Shown piece after piece: positions 8,661 through 18,065 of a stretch of 64,000 nucleotides of DNA. The stretch comes from a virus (taxonomy: Duplodnaviria > Heunggongvirae > Uroviricota > Caudoviricetes). The position numbers and the translations under genes were made by a program. The stretch lies in the IMG/VR virus record IMGVR_UViG_3300042154_004306, one strand, 5' to 3'. The notes beneath the pieces were generated by a model. It made no database searches, was not told the DNA's origin, and was given only the letters and a program-made list of their open reading frames with translations. Every line of letters begins with the position of its first letter. Within the stretch, counting starts at the first letter, position 1.

Positions 8661-9401
8661 ATGACTTTAGACGAACTAGTACTCGACATACAAGAGGAAT
8701 TAACATTTGCGAAAGCCTTACCGTATTCTATTCCTGAAAAGGAAATACAGCGTATCATCACTAATGCTGAGAGATACTTTCACGATAACTGGAGACATGC
8801 AGTTGAGGCCAGATACATGATGATTCCGACTGAAGTGTTTAGACACCCTCAGTTTAAGAAGGAGAGAACGATTCAGTTACCTGATTGCGTTGCATTCGTG
8901 CATGAAGTAAAAGAAGCAAAGGGCACAAGCTCAATGTTTGGAACAATGGATGCGGATTTCGCGGACAATAAGTTCATTGGCTCAGAAGTATTCTTATCGC
9001 CGTTCATTGGTGAATCTATCATGTACAGAACGGTAATATTTTCATTCTTGGATCTGGTTAAAGGATTCACGATTGATACATTAGCCTATGACTACAATAA
9101 GAACTCTAGAAAACTAATGATCTTAGGTAGAACTCCAGCATCTAATGCAGTAGTGTTACAAATTGCAAAAAAGGTTCCGTCTGAGGATCTTTACAATGAT
9201 GAACTATTTCAAAGATATGTGAGAGCTAAGGCAAAGTTAAGACTTGGAGATTTATTGACGACATTTGACTACAATTTGCCTGGTGGAATCAAGCCGAATT
9301 ACACGAATCTTGTGACTAAGGCTGAGAATGAGCTTAACCAGGTAATTGAAATGATGAAAGGTGAAAATACCGCGGACTTTTTGTTCTTCGCTAGATGGTA
9401 A
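8661..9401 (+). CDS. g13: Neck protein (T4 gp13-like)
   Basis: Size, context and C-terminal YVRAKAKLRLGDLL...NLPGGIKPN pattern of gp13-like neck proteins. Confidence 0.7.
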   Translation: MTLDELVLDIQEELTFAKALPYSIPEKEIQRIITNAERYFHDNWRHAVEARYMMIPTEVFRHPQFKKERTIQLPDCVAFVHEVKEAKGTSSMFGTMDADFADNKFIGSEVFLSPFIGESIMYRTVIFSFLDLVKGFTIDTLAYDYNKNSRKLMILGRTPASNAVVLQIAKKVPSEDLYNDELFQRYVRAKAKLRLGDLLTTFDYNLPGGIKPNYTNLVTKAENELNQVIEMMKGENTADFLFFARW

Positions 9402-9408
9402 TTAATAT

Positions 9409-9801
9409 ATGCTAACTACTCAACCAATAGGAAAAGACTTTTACTTAAGATCGCCAGGAGATCCTAACTACACAGCTGACACATTTGAATCAAATGATTC
9501 CCTAGAGAATGCGGTTCAACAGGTCAGAATGGTGTTGCTGACTAGAGCCGGCGAAGTGCTTGGTGAAGATATTGGATTCAACGCTGAAAAGTATCTCTTT
9601 GAGTTTGAATTTTCCAACCTAACCGAAATGGAGTCAGAGGCGAATGCTCAAATTGCTGAATTCGTCTTATTGGCAAAACCTTATAACATTGACGCTCGAG
9701 TATTCACTCTCGACGATATCGCAGATCCTTACAAAGTGGGACTTGGTCTTGACATTAAGATTAATGGCACGTCTGCATTCGCTACGCTATTTGACCTTTA
9801 A
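9409..9801 (+). CDS. g25: Baseplate wedge protein (gp25/GPW-like)
   Basis: QQVRMVLLTRAGEVLG...KYLFE pattern; 130 aa. Confidence 0.7.
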   Translation: MLTTQPIGKDFYLRSPGDPNYTADTFESNDSLENAVQQVRMVLLTRAGEVLGEDIGFNAEKYLFEFEFSNLTEMESEANAQIAEFVLLAKPYNIDARVFTLDDIADPYKVGLGLDIKINGTSAFATLFDL

Positions 9802-9940
9802 TCCATGCGGCTAAATCAGTACGGTCAAGGTGATCTAATGACTCCTAGACAGAAGTTAATTCGATTAAATAGAATACGCATTAAGATCCTTTTATCCTCG
9901 CCATGATCCTCTGGGGATCCTCGGTAATATTAAAGGTTAA

Positions 9941-11623
9941 TTATAATTGGCCCTTAGCTCCTACTTCTGATGAAGTTTCTCCAGAAGGAGCGGTCTCTGC
10001 TGCTGGGGCAGCAGCAGCACCAGCAGTTGAAGAACCGGTTGCGCCTCCGCCACCAGCAGCAGCTGCAGCTGCGCCTTCAGCCGTAGCTTGATAGCTCTTG
10101 TTCTTAGAGATATCCTCATCGCTAAGCTTCAAGTATTCCTTAATCAAATATTCGGTTGAGAAGTAAGGTTGGTTTTCATCATTAACTACAGCTTTCATTG
10201 CATTAAGGGTCGCAAGACGCTTGTTAAGTAGCTCTTGATTCTTGATTTCTTCAAATACATTATCATCATGCCATGTTAAACCAACAGCATTCGCGAATCG
10301 ATGATCGGACTTAAGGTCTTTCACGTCCAAACACATTTGCAAGTAAAGAGGTTTAGTCATAAGCTCTTTGAATGCTGAACGTAGACGTTTAATAAATTTG
10401 TTGTATCGGATTTCCTCTCTTGAGATTCCTTCAGCATTCATCGTGTAAGATCCTTGATTTTCAGACCAACGAGAATACGGCAATTTAGAATCAAGTTTTA
10501 ACTTATCTTGGAAGTACTTTAAGAGCTCAGAGCCTGATAAGTTTGGTCCAGGATATTCAAGTGCCTCAATCTCGATCGATTCACCACGATCGTTTTTAGG
10601 CAAAACGTAGTTCTTATAGAATAGGATATTTGGCTTACCGTCCACCATTAATTCTCCAGAACTTCCGTCAAACGAAATGTCTTCCTTTAGCGTGTTTGTG
10701 AATTCTCGAACGTCCTCTTTTGCCTTTTGCATTGACTTGGTTCCAACCGGAACAGTTGTCTTTAAACGAATTGGAGCATTCATTGTATGCCAAATGACTT
10801 TAGAATGCTCAATTAAACGTAATAGGTTAAATGAACGAATCAGACGCTCAACGAAACTAACTCGTTTTGTTCTAAATTCGTTTGAGTACGAGATGTAAAT
10901 GATCTGTGAATCGGTCAAGGTACGATTCATTCGATTGATTGGGTCACGTTGAGACCATTGTAGGTAAATACGACCGCTTGAGTCCTTTTTGACTTCTGGG
11001 TAAAGAGTGGATGGATCCAATTCTTTGAAACCAATAATATCCTTGGGGTTGGTCAAGTTATCGTAAATGATTTCAAAAGCCAAGTGACCTTCGATTAGCC
11101 ATTGATAAAAGTACTGCCATGCAGAAATACCTCGGTCAAAGCCCCATGCATTATAGATCTTTTCAAAATTCTCTTGGTACTTGTCCAAGATCTTTTGTTG
11201 GTAATTCAACCTTTCGTCCTTGTTCTTTCCACGATAGTTGATTTCCCCAACCAGGTCGTTTGGATAACAGAAACGATTATCTTGGTCAAATACGATTGCA
11301 TCATCCGCTATTGTTTCAATAATGAATTCAATCTCGCCGTTTGATGCAAGATCACGAAGACGTTCTCTTTTTTGAACGTAATCTAATTGAAAGAATGCAA
11401 TTGACTTGTTCTTGAGTGAAGACGTAGTGTCCGATAGAGCAAGAGTTGCTTTCATTAGGTCATCGCCTAGTGCATTGTTGAATCCAGTTAACTGACCCTC
11501 AATGTAACCAATTGCTTGGGAATTCTTAACGAGTAGATCATCGTACTTCATACCGAATCGGCTGAGTGCGGTTAAACCTGATCTAAGTCCTCTTACTGGA
11601 TTGCTATCTAAAAATCCTGCCAT
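9941..11623 (-). CDS. g20: Portal protein (T4 gp20-like) with Ala/Gly-rich C-terminal tail
   Basis: EIEFIIETIADDAIV, LRLIEHSKVIW, LKYFQDKLKLDSKLPYSR, ISREEIRYNKFIKRLRSAF. Confidence 0.9.
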   Translation of the reverse strand: MAGFLDSNPVRGLRSGLTALSRFGMKYDDLLVKNSQAIGYIEGQLTGFNNALGDDLMKATLALSDTTSSLKNKSIAFFQLDYVQKRERLRDLASNGEIEFIIETIADDAIVFDQDNRFCYPNDLVGEINYRGKNKDERLNYQQKILDKYQENFEKIYNAWGFDRGISAWQYFYQWLIEGHLAFEIIYDNLTNPKDIIGFKELDPSTLYPEVKKDSSGRIYLQWSQRDPINRMNRTLTDSQIIYISYSNEFRTKRVSFVERLIRSFNLLRLIEHSKVIWHTMNAPIRLKTTVPVGTKSMQKAKEDVREFTNTLKEDISFDGSSGELMVDGKPNILFYKNYVLPKNDRGESIEIEALEYPGPNLSGSELLKYFQDKLKLDSKLPYSRWSENQGSYTMNAEGISREEIRYNKFIKRLRSAFKELMTKPLYLQMCLDVKDLKSDHRFANAVGLTWHDDNVFEEIKNQELLNKRLATLNAMKAVVNDENQPYFSTEYLIKEYLKLSDEDISKNKSYQATAEGAAAAAAGGGGATGSSTAGAAAAPAAETAPSGETSSEVGAKGQL

Positions 11624-11624
11624 T

Positions 11625-11632
11625 TATTTATG
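11625..11632 (-). promoter_or_regulatory. Late promoter-like CATAAATA
   Basis: Immediately upstream of the portal ATG. Confidence 0.5.
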
Positions 11633-11639
11633 TGTTATG

Positions 11640-12272
11640 TTATTTCAAAAAGTCTGAAATTCGTGATCTTGTCGCAATAGATTCATCACGAGAGTAGTTA
11701 ACTTCTCCGATTTTTGGCACGGTCGGCCAATCTATTAAGCGCAAGTAGCGCATTTCTTCTCTGTTATATTTATCAACCAGGAACTCAAATTTAATACCTG
11801 AATATGGGCTGATGTTCATTATGAAGTCTTTATTCACCGAGCCAAAGGGATTCATTTCTGGCTGTCTGATTCTTTTTTGATACTCTATGAACTCTCCCTT
11901 ACTGTCAGTTAAGTTAGACAGTACCGGTAGAATTCGATTTAGGTAGGTCTGGATGAACTTTCGTCTTAATTGTTGTGGCATTACTTTGAGGTTCAAGCCG
12001 AATTGAATTGGCCCACTGTGCCCTAACGAAATGAATATTGGATAGTTATCGATGTAGGGTTTAACTTTATCACTTTGGCCGGACGTATAATCGTCTAGGC
12101 TCGGTAAGCCGTCATTTCCATTAACTGTTTTCGCAACAAACGTATAGACATGGCCGGGAATCAAGATTGGAACCTGCATGGATTCTTCAACGAATCTGTA
12201 ATTTGGACCAGCCTGAGTAAAATTCTCGACCTTGCCAGTTTTAATGTATTCTTTTATTTGCTGTATTGCCAT
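11640..12272 (-). CDS. g2: DNA end protector protein (T4 gp2-like)
   Basis: YIDNYPIFISLG...FGLNLKVMPQQLR resembles the gp2 YD.FPL...GINLHYLP..R core; adjacent to gp4. Confidence 0.6.
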   Translation of the reverse strand: MAIQQIKEYIKTGKVENFTQAGPNYRFVEESMQVPILIPGHVYTFVAKTVNGNDGLPSLDDYTSGQSDKVKPYIDNYPIFISLGHSGPIQFGLNLKVMPQQLRRKFIQTYLNRILPVLSNLTDSKGEFIEYQKRIRQPEMNPFGSVNKDFIMNISPYSGIKFEFLVDKYNREEMRYLRLIDWPTVPKIGEVNYSRDESIATRSRISDFLK

Positions 12273-12281
12273 TACTATCTT

Positions 12282-12788
12282 TTATATCGATTTGAACAGA
12301 AAGTTTTCGGTAATTATTCCGAATTTTAAACCTCTGACTGAAGCGAATTCTTTTGCTGCTTCGAATTTAGCCTGATTGACGATGTACTGCTTTGCTGCAT
12401 ACACATAACTTGCAGTTTGCTTATCAGTCATTCTGGCTGGGGCAGTTGGTGGTTTGGTGTATTTGTCAGGCTTGACCTCAATTAACCATGACTGTTCTCT
12501 ACTGTCGTTATCCTTTGTAACCACATAAAAATCAATGTAGTAGGTGTGGCCTCTCTTGTCTAATGGGCTGTAGTAAGGAATTCCAACGGGTTCACTGGAG
12601 TACTTGATTACGGTTGGGCTGTGATCGCACCATTTAAGAAACTTAAATTCCCAACTTGATCTAAATATGATTTGAGTTGGATCCCCGACGTATTTTTCAG
12701 GAAAGGCTGGTTTGAAATAGCCCTGTCTGATTTTTCCAGCTCGGGGTTTTAAGAAGGTCTTGATGCTCTTTTGCTCTTTAGGTTTCAT
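12282..12788 (-). CDS. g4: Head completion nuclease (T4 gp4, TnsA-like)
   Basis: PEKYVGDPTQIIFRSSWE, YSSEPVGIPY, YYIDF, IEVKP, NQAKFEAA, FGIITE. Confidence 0.9.
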   Translation of the reverse strand: MKPKEQKSIKTFLKPRAGKIRQGYFKPAFPEKYVGDPTQIIFRSSWEFKFLKWCDHSPTVIKYSSEPVGIPYYSPLDKRGHTYYIDFYVVTKDNDSREQSWLIEVKPDKYTKPPTAPARMTDKQTASYVYAAKQYIVNQAKFEAAKEFASVRGLKFGIITENFLFKSI

Positions 12789-12793
12789 ATAGT

Positions 12794-12801
12794 TATTTAT
12801 A
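12794..12801 (-). promoter_or_regulatory. T4-type late promoter TATAAATA
   Basis: Exact consensus overlapping the primase stop, upstream of g4-g2-g20. Confidence 0.7.
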
Positions 12802-13918
12802 GGTACGCCATGTCAAACACGGTTTCGCTAAAATAGCTATTGATCCATTGATTAAAATCACGTGGACTGTACTCAGAGTCCTTGGAATGAATGAATGAGT
12901 ACATATCATTGATGTCCTTGATTCTTTGAAGCTCTTTCATCTCTTCAGTTGAAGAATATTTCTTTTTTAGGTAGTCGATTGCCTTGTTCCACAGAAAAAC
13001 CGAGTAACCTTGCTTGATGAAGTTCATCATCTGTGTCTTACCTGCCTTATCTCGGTCAAACACCACTCGAGTTGCGCCCTTTGCTCCTAAATTAGCAAGA
13101 ATGCTACGTGCTTTTGACGCACCAGAAGTTGCAATACAATTCTCAAGCAACATCGAATCGAATTGACCCTCAGTCATTAGAATCGGCTTGGTGAAATCAA
13201 CGTTCAAGATATTAAAGTAGTTATTCAAGAAGTTAGCGTCCTCAACCAGGCCCTTATTCAATCCACGTTGAGCAAAAATAATTGAGAGATCGGTGTATGA
13301 CTTAATGATGTATTTTCGATCAGTGTTTGGATCTAGACTACGAATTGCAAATCCAAGCAGCTTACCGGACCTGCGATCAAAATTAAATATGTAGACTTTA
13401 TTATCGCTTGCATCAGTGTAGAGACAGTCTCCGAAATCCTCGATTAGGTTAAGATCCCTGGATTTGATGTATTGAAATGCAGTAGAGGTTTCCGGAACGA
13501 GGTCAAGTCGCTTTAATGAGAATCGGTTAATGATATCTGTGATGGTCACAAGCTGACTCGTATCAGAGGTTAAGAATCGTAAAAGCTGGTTCTCAACCCG
13601 TTTTACTTTCACAGGTTGATAATCTCCGTCCAGTAAGAAGCTTGGTAACATGATGCTGTGTTCCTTACTCATTCTGGCAATGAATTCACCGATTGGCAAG
13701 TACGCCATACACCCGTCATTAAAACACTTGTAGGCACCAGTGTCTAAATACAAGTTACCACGTTTCTTGGAGACCTTTTTATCAGAGTCTCCACAGATTG
13801 GACACGCAAAATTTAGCTTACGCGAACTATGCTCTTCAATCTTTTGTTTTTCAGGCACATCATGAAATCTCTTACGTAAGAGAATTTCCAAGAAGGCTGA
13901 TATTTCCTCAATTTTCAT
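12797..13918 (-). CDS. g61: DNA primase (T4 gp61-like)
   Basis: Zn finger CPICGDS...YKCFNDGC; TOPRIM motifs TEGQFDSM and FDRDKAG. Confidence 0.9.
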   Translation of the reverse strand: MKIEEISAFLEILLRKRFHDVPEKQKIEEHSSRKLNFACPICGDSDKKVSKKRGNLYLDTGAYKCFNDGCMAYLPIGEFIARMSKEHSIMLPSFLLDGDYQPVKVKRVENQLLRFLTSDTSQLVTITDIINRFSLKRLDLVPETSTAFQYIKSRDLNLIEDFGDCLYTDASDNKVYIFNFDRRSGKLLGFAIRSLDPNTDRKYIIKSYTDLSIIFAQRGLNKGLVEDANFLNNYFNILNVDFTKPILMTEGQFDSMLLENCIATSGASKARSILANLGAKGATRVVFDRDKAGKTQMMNFIKQGYSVFLWNKAIDYLKKKYSSTEEMKELQRIKDINDMYSFIHSKDSEYSPRDFNQWINSYFSETVFDMAYL

Positions 13919-15536
13919 CAGTTACTTTTATCTTCTTTTCAGCCTTTGGTTTTATTGCACTCTTATAGGCTCTATCAAGATCATATCCCATTTTGTAATA
14001 GTCCTTGCGCTGTTTTATGGCCTTTTCGTACTTATCAGTTTGTAGCCAAGCGCCTTTTCCATCAGGTGTATTCATGAGTTCAGACCAGCCATTTTCAACT
14101 AAATACGCTCGCATCACTTCAATTGGAATCGCGAAAGGATCTGATACTTCAATTCCTAATTTCTTTGCAACTCGATCTCTGTACTTAGTAAGTTCGTGTT
14201 TAGGCACAATTACCGTATTCAGACCAAATTTTGAAATGGATGAAATGTAGGTTGAGAAAAGATCTGGAGGAATCTGTCGATCAGGGTCACCTATGAAGTG
14301 TTGACAGCTTTCCGGAATTTCAGAGTAGTCTAGAGTAACTGAACTAACTGCATACAATGGGAATGTTTCTTCCGGTGTGAACTCCTTGCTGCGGCTTCTT
14401 GATTTAATTACATCGACCTTGCGAGCAAGTTGAGGAGTCAATTCAGAATAGCCCATTGCGACTAAGAGTTTATTAATAGGCTCAACAAGTAATCTAAAGA
14501 ATTGCTGGTCTCTATCCATCGGTACTGCAAACTCTTCAGGAAAAGCACCGGGTGCATAGGCAAAAATATCAAAATTATGTTCGTTAGTAGCAGCATAGTA
14601 GAATTTAATCTTTGAACCACTACGAATGAGATTGTACTTTTGGTTATTGGTCTTTTTGATTAGGTGATTGTGGTAAGCGGCGGCTCTGCCGTAAATTGGC
14701 ATTCCTGTTTCAAGCTGAAGCGGATTTAATTTCTTAACGTAATCTTCGTAAACTCTAACTGAAAAGTTAAAGGCAATCTCATCAATCGTAAGTTGATTGC
14801 ACTCTTCTTTAAGAGCGGCGAGCCAAGGAATTAGGTCTCTTTCAAGGTCTAGGCTGTAACCCAAGTCTAGGAGTTCCCAATAGAGATCCTGTAAATGCTT
14901 ACGTGCCCAAATTGGATATGATGCCTGAATTGCTTCAAGGCCCTTAATGATTAGTGATTCCTTGTCTAGGAGTCTTTCATGCTTATTATCTTTGTATGAA
15001 ACTTTTAGCACGTATTTTTTCTTTGCAAGCCAGATTCCAGCACGGGATAGATTCTCAAGCTCAAAGTTCTGACGGTTATCCGTGTTGAAATGAGATGCAT
15101 ACTTTTCAAAAGCCTGTTCAAAATAGTGTTTTAATCGATTACGATTGATTCCCAAGCAAAATTCAAGAGCTTCATGCTCAGATAATTCTAAACCTTCGAC
15201 TGATCGTATTGCAAAGTCAAAACACACGTAAACCGAGTCAGTATCAGTGTAAACAGCAGCTTCTCTCTCAATCTGATTGACCTGCATACCTGATATTCCA
15301 AGCTTTTCATGAAGCTCTGTGTCTAAATGCCACTTACTCGTGAAATAGTGGTTAACCGCCTTGATTGAGAACTTGATTAGATCTTGGCCTTGCAAAGTGA
15401 TTGACTGTGCAATATCATTGTTATGGAAATAAAAATATCGATTGCCGAAGGCTCCATAAAATGAGTTAATCAAGATCTTTATTGCATTCTGCTTTAGGTC
15501 GAGTGATTTGATTTGTTGTTCAAGTTGTTTTGACAT
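13908..15536 (-). CDS. g43: Family B DNA polymerase, C-terminal half (gp43B-like) with C-terminal extension
   Basis: Starts just before motif B (KILINSFYG); motif C YTDTDSVY; KKKY; KGLE. No exonuclease domain or motif A. Confidence 0.9.
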   Translation of the reverse strand: MSKQLEQQIKSLDLKQNAIKILINSFYGAFGNRYFYFHNNDIAQSITLQGQDLIKFSIKAVNHYFTSKWHLDTELHEKLGISGMQVNQIEREAAVYTDTDSVYVCFDFAIRSVEGLELSEHEALEFCLGINRNRLKHYFEQAFEKYASHFNTDNRQNFELENLSRAGIWLAKKKYVLKVSYKDNKHERLLDKESLIIKGLEAIQASYPIWARKHLQDLYWELLDLGYSLDLERDLIPWLAALKEECNQLTIDEIAFNFSVRVYEDYVKKLNPLQLETGMPIYGRAAAYHNHLIKKTNNQKYNLIRSGSKIKFYYAATNEHNFDIFAYAPGAFPEEFAVPMDRDQQFFRLLVEPINKLLVAMGYSELTPQLARKVDVIKSRSRSKEFTPEETFPLYAVSSVTLDYSEIPESCQHFIGDPDRQIPPDLFSTYISSISKFGLNTVIVPKHELTKYRDRVAKKLGIEVSDPFAIPIEVMRAYLVENGWSELMNTPDGKGAWLQTDKYEKAIKQRKDYYKMGYDLDRAYKSAIKPKAEKKIKVTDEN

Positions 15537-15605
15537 ATATGTGTTGTACTTTAAATACCCAATTTGGTTTAATTTACCAAATAAATAACCTAAAAGCTTT
15601 TACCG

Positions 15606-16214
15606 GTGAGAGAAATCACTACTGACAGAACCAAGATTAACCGAGCATTTCCATTCATGAAGAATTTTCCATTTGGAAATGAATTCTCGATGGAGGTCGC
15701 AGAGGCTCAGGTCATGGCAATGATGTTCGACGAAGAATTTTCAACTGCCAGCCGGTCCAACCCAAGTTTAATAAACTTTACGAATACTGGATCACCATCA
15801 AAAATGGTGATCTCAATGTATCCTGGTGAACTTGAATGGATAGGCGATGTTGCGGACTCAGTTAAGAATCTAGACAAGATTGCAAAACGAATAGACAAAG
15901 GATTAAAGGCCAAGGACATTTTTCTTAAACGAGATATAGTAATGGAGTCAGATTTATGGCTTAATGGAATCAAAGATAGATCCGCGACCCTAAGCAAGGA
16001 AACCTTTAATGATGTTATACAATCGTTATTGGGCGGAAAATCGCTAGACGAAGCGGTCTCTGTGATAAATTCAGTGAATAAGCTCTATACGAAAAAAGGA
16101 GTTGTTAAGATTTCGAAAGAAAACTTAAATGTAATATTCACATACTTTCATTTCAGGCTTGTTTATGCTAAATTAATACTTGGCATTGTAATTGCCTCAA
16201 AAATATCTCTGTAA
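15606..16214 (+). CDS. Hypothetical protein (GTG start)
   Basis: Preceded by AATAAATA 15580-15587. Confidence 0.7.
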   Translation: MREITTDRTKINRAFPFMKNFPFGNEFSMEVAEAQVMAMMFDEEFSTASRSNPSLINFTNTGSPSKMVISMYPGELEWIGDVADSVKNLDKIAKRIDKGLKAKDIFLKRDIVMESDLWLNGIKDRSATLSKETFNDVIQSLLGGKSLDEAVSVINSVNKLYTKKGVVKISKENLNVIFTYFHFRLVYAKLILGIVIASKISL

Positions 16215-16610
16215 ATGGAAAAAATTGACCAGTTTCTTGAGTATCTGTACATGATTGAAGAAAATACGACTGAACTAACTACTGTGCAGGTTCAAAAACT
16301 CGAGGTTATTAAGGATAGAGTAGCTGATATAGTTAAAAAAGTTGAGATATGCGCAGCAGCCTTAGGTAATTGTAGCACTGAGCCCCAACCAGCAGTCTTT
16401 GCTAAACAATTAGAATTGGCGATTCACGAAAATAAGGTTCATAGCTTTTCGGAGTTTAACGAGATAACTGAAAAGATCGTTAAGCACGGAGATAAATGGG
16501 AAGTAAAGAATAAAAAGGGAACTCAAGTATTGGGAACTCACACAAGTCGTAAAAAAGCAGTAAAGCAATTACAGGCGATTGAAATAAGTAAAGCAAAGAA
16601 TGCTAGGTAG
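16215..16610 (+). CDS. Putative head-targeted protein with basic C-terminal domain
   Basis: Internal KVHSFSEFNE then WEVKNKKG..LGTH.SRKKAVKQLQAIE. Confidence 0.7.
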   Translation: MEKIDQFLEYLYMIEENTTELTTVQVQKLEVIKDRVADIVKKVEICAAALGNCSTEPQPAVFAKQLELAIHENKVHSFSEFNEITEKIVKHGDKWEVKNKKGTQVLGTHTSRKKAVKQLQAIEISKAKNAR

Positions 16611-17364
16611 TAGAATATTTACATTTTCACAATTCATATTGGAGCGAGCGGATCGAGATCTTGGGTCCTACCGCTTGACCAAGCTATCTCAAATACAGGA
16701 CACTGAAGTCATTGATAAATTACAAGAGCTATCGAACGCTTTGAATGAGTTAGAGAACCTGTACTGGTACGCCCGCGAGGGACGCAACGCTCATTACGCG
16801 CTAAACATGAAAATTCATGCATATCCAGAGCTAGAAAAATGGGCAGAGGCAAAGGGTGAAGAAGACCTAGAGGAGGTTGATGATGAAATGATGTATGATG
16901 ACTGGGCTAGGTACATGGAAGAGACTTTTGAAATGCATGCCGAAGACTATAAAGAATCATTCTCATGGATAAGGAAAGTTGGTGCCGGAGGCAAGAGTGG
17001 AGGTTGGCTAATAATCTATCCAGAAACGACTCATGATGATATTGAAAACGATTCATATTTTCTAATTGAAGACTATTTAGACTACGATGAGTCTGCTCTT
17101 ACGCTAGTTAAAGACTTAATGACCAACCTGGATGATACTAATCGACTTGCTGAAATAGGCTTGATTGATGTTGACGACCTTGAGAATGGTAAAAAGGCAA
17201 TGACATTGAGACAGGCTTTACTAAAGCAGATCGATACAGATCTAACAACGCTTACTGAAGTTAAGGAAGACCTGGCAATGATAACTCGTGAAATTGAAAA
17301 CTTTAGAAAAACTGCAGACACTTATTTTTACGAGTGGGTTAGAGATATAAATAAGATAAAATAA
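16600..17364 (+). CDS. Acidic putative head-targeted protein
   Basis: N-terminal RIFTFSQFILE motif. Confidence 0.7.
   Translation: MLGSRIFTFSQFILERADRDLGSYRLTKLSQIQDTEVIDKLQELSNALNELENLYWYAREGRNAHYALNMKIHAYPELEKWAEAKGEEDLEEVDDEMMYDDWARYMEETFEMHAEDYKESFSWIRKVGAGGKSGGWLIIYPETTHDDIENDSYFLIEDYLDYDESALTLVKDLMTNLDDTNRLAEIGLIDVDDLENGKKAMTLRQALLKQIDTDLTTLTEVKEDLAMITREIENFRKTADTYFYEWVRDINKIK
17346..17353 (+). promoter_or_regulatory. T4-type late promoter TATAAATA
   Basis: Exact consensus upstream of 17376. Confidence 0.65.
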
Positions 17365-17375
17365 AACAACGATAA

Positions 17376-18065
17376 ATGAAACACGTTAGACTATTCGAAG
17401 AATTTATAGCTGAAAACCAGCTAGAATTCGATTTTGATAGCAAGCCTAAAGCGAATCGTGAATTTAACCCTGATGAAGTGGATAGGTTAACATCACTCGG
17501 TATGCCAATGAGTAAAACATTCAGATTCGAGTCACAAATATTCATTAGCTTGGACTACCAAAGCTGGTTTGAGAGCGCTTCACAATACGGAGTTGATGAA
17601 TTCGTGAGCCAGGCTCAGGATCTTGGATTTGATTTTAGTTACGAGTATAGACAATACCAAGATGAAGAAATTGATGAGGATGAATTCTTTGACGCAGCTG
17701 AAGAAGAAATTAGGAGAGCAGGCGATTTCAACGAGCCGTTATCTTACCAAGGAGTCGTTGAGGCTCGTGATTTTGAAGATGATCTAGTTAATGACTTTAA
17801 TGAATCTACACTTGAAGAGTATTCAGATGTTCCAGGAGTTGAAACGATTAGAGCAAAAGGAGTAACTAGGGAAGGTAATTTTGTAGTTGAAGTCGTTGCA
17901 CAATCTGATCTTGACATTGAGGCAATGAAAGAAGAATTAGCAGGCCAATACGCTGATGGTTGGGGAGAGGGCTATGAGCAGCGGGACCATGAGGTAGACG
18001 ACGTAACCTATTACGTTCATACCTGGAGAGATAGAGGCTTTGAAATAAAGTTAGTTAACCCTTAA
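17376..18065 (+). CDS. Acidic putative internal head protein
   Basis: N-terminus MKHVRLFEEFIAE resembles the T4 capsid targeting sequence MKTYQEFIAE. Confidence 0.75.
   Translation: MKHVRLFEEFIAENQLEFDFDSKPKANREFNPDEVDRLTSLGMPMSKTFRFESQIFISLDYQSWFESASQYGVDEFVSQAQDLGFDFSYEYRQYQDEEIDEDEFFDAAEEEIRRAGDFNEPLSYQGVVEARDFEDDLVNDFNESTLEEYSDVPGVETIRAKGVTREGNFVVEVVAQSDLDIEAMKEELAGQYADGWGEGYEQRDHEVDDVTYYVHTWRDRGFEIKLVNP

Noticed and set aside
9802-9940. Gap between g25 and the portal end, with a 33-aa basic ORF (9805..9906) and GGATC repeats
   Set aside because: There is no promoter or motif support, and the hairpin is weak.
13908-15536. Split intein or intron as the cause of the truncated polymerase
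   Set aside because: There is no intein C-terminal His-Asn plus Cys/Ser/Thr junction at the N-terminus, and the upstream gap is only 69 bp of AT-rich divergent intergenic DNA.
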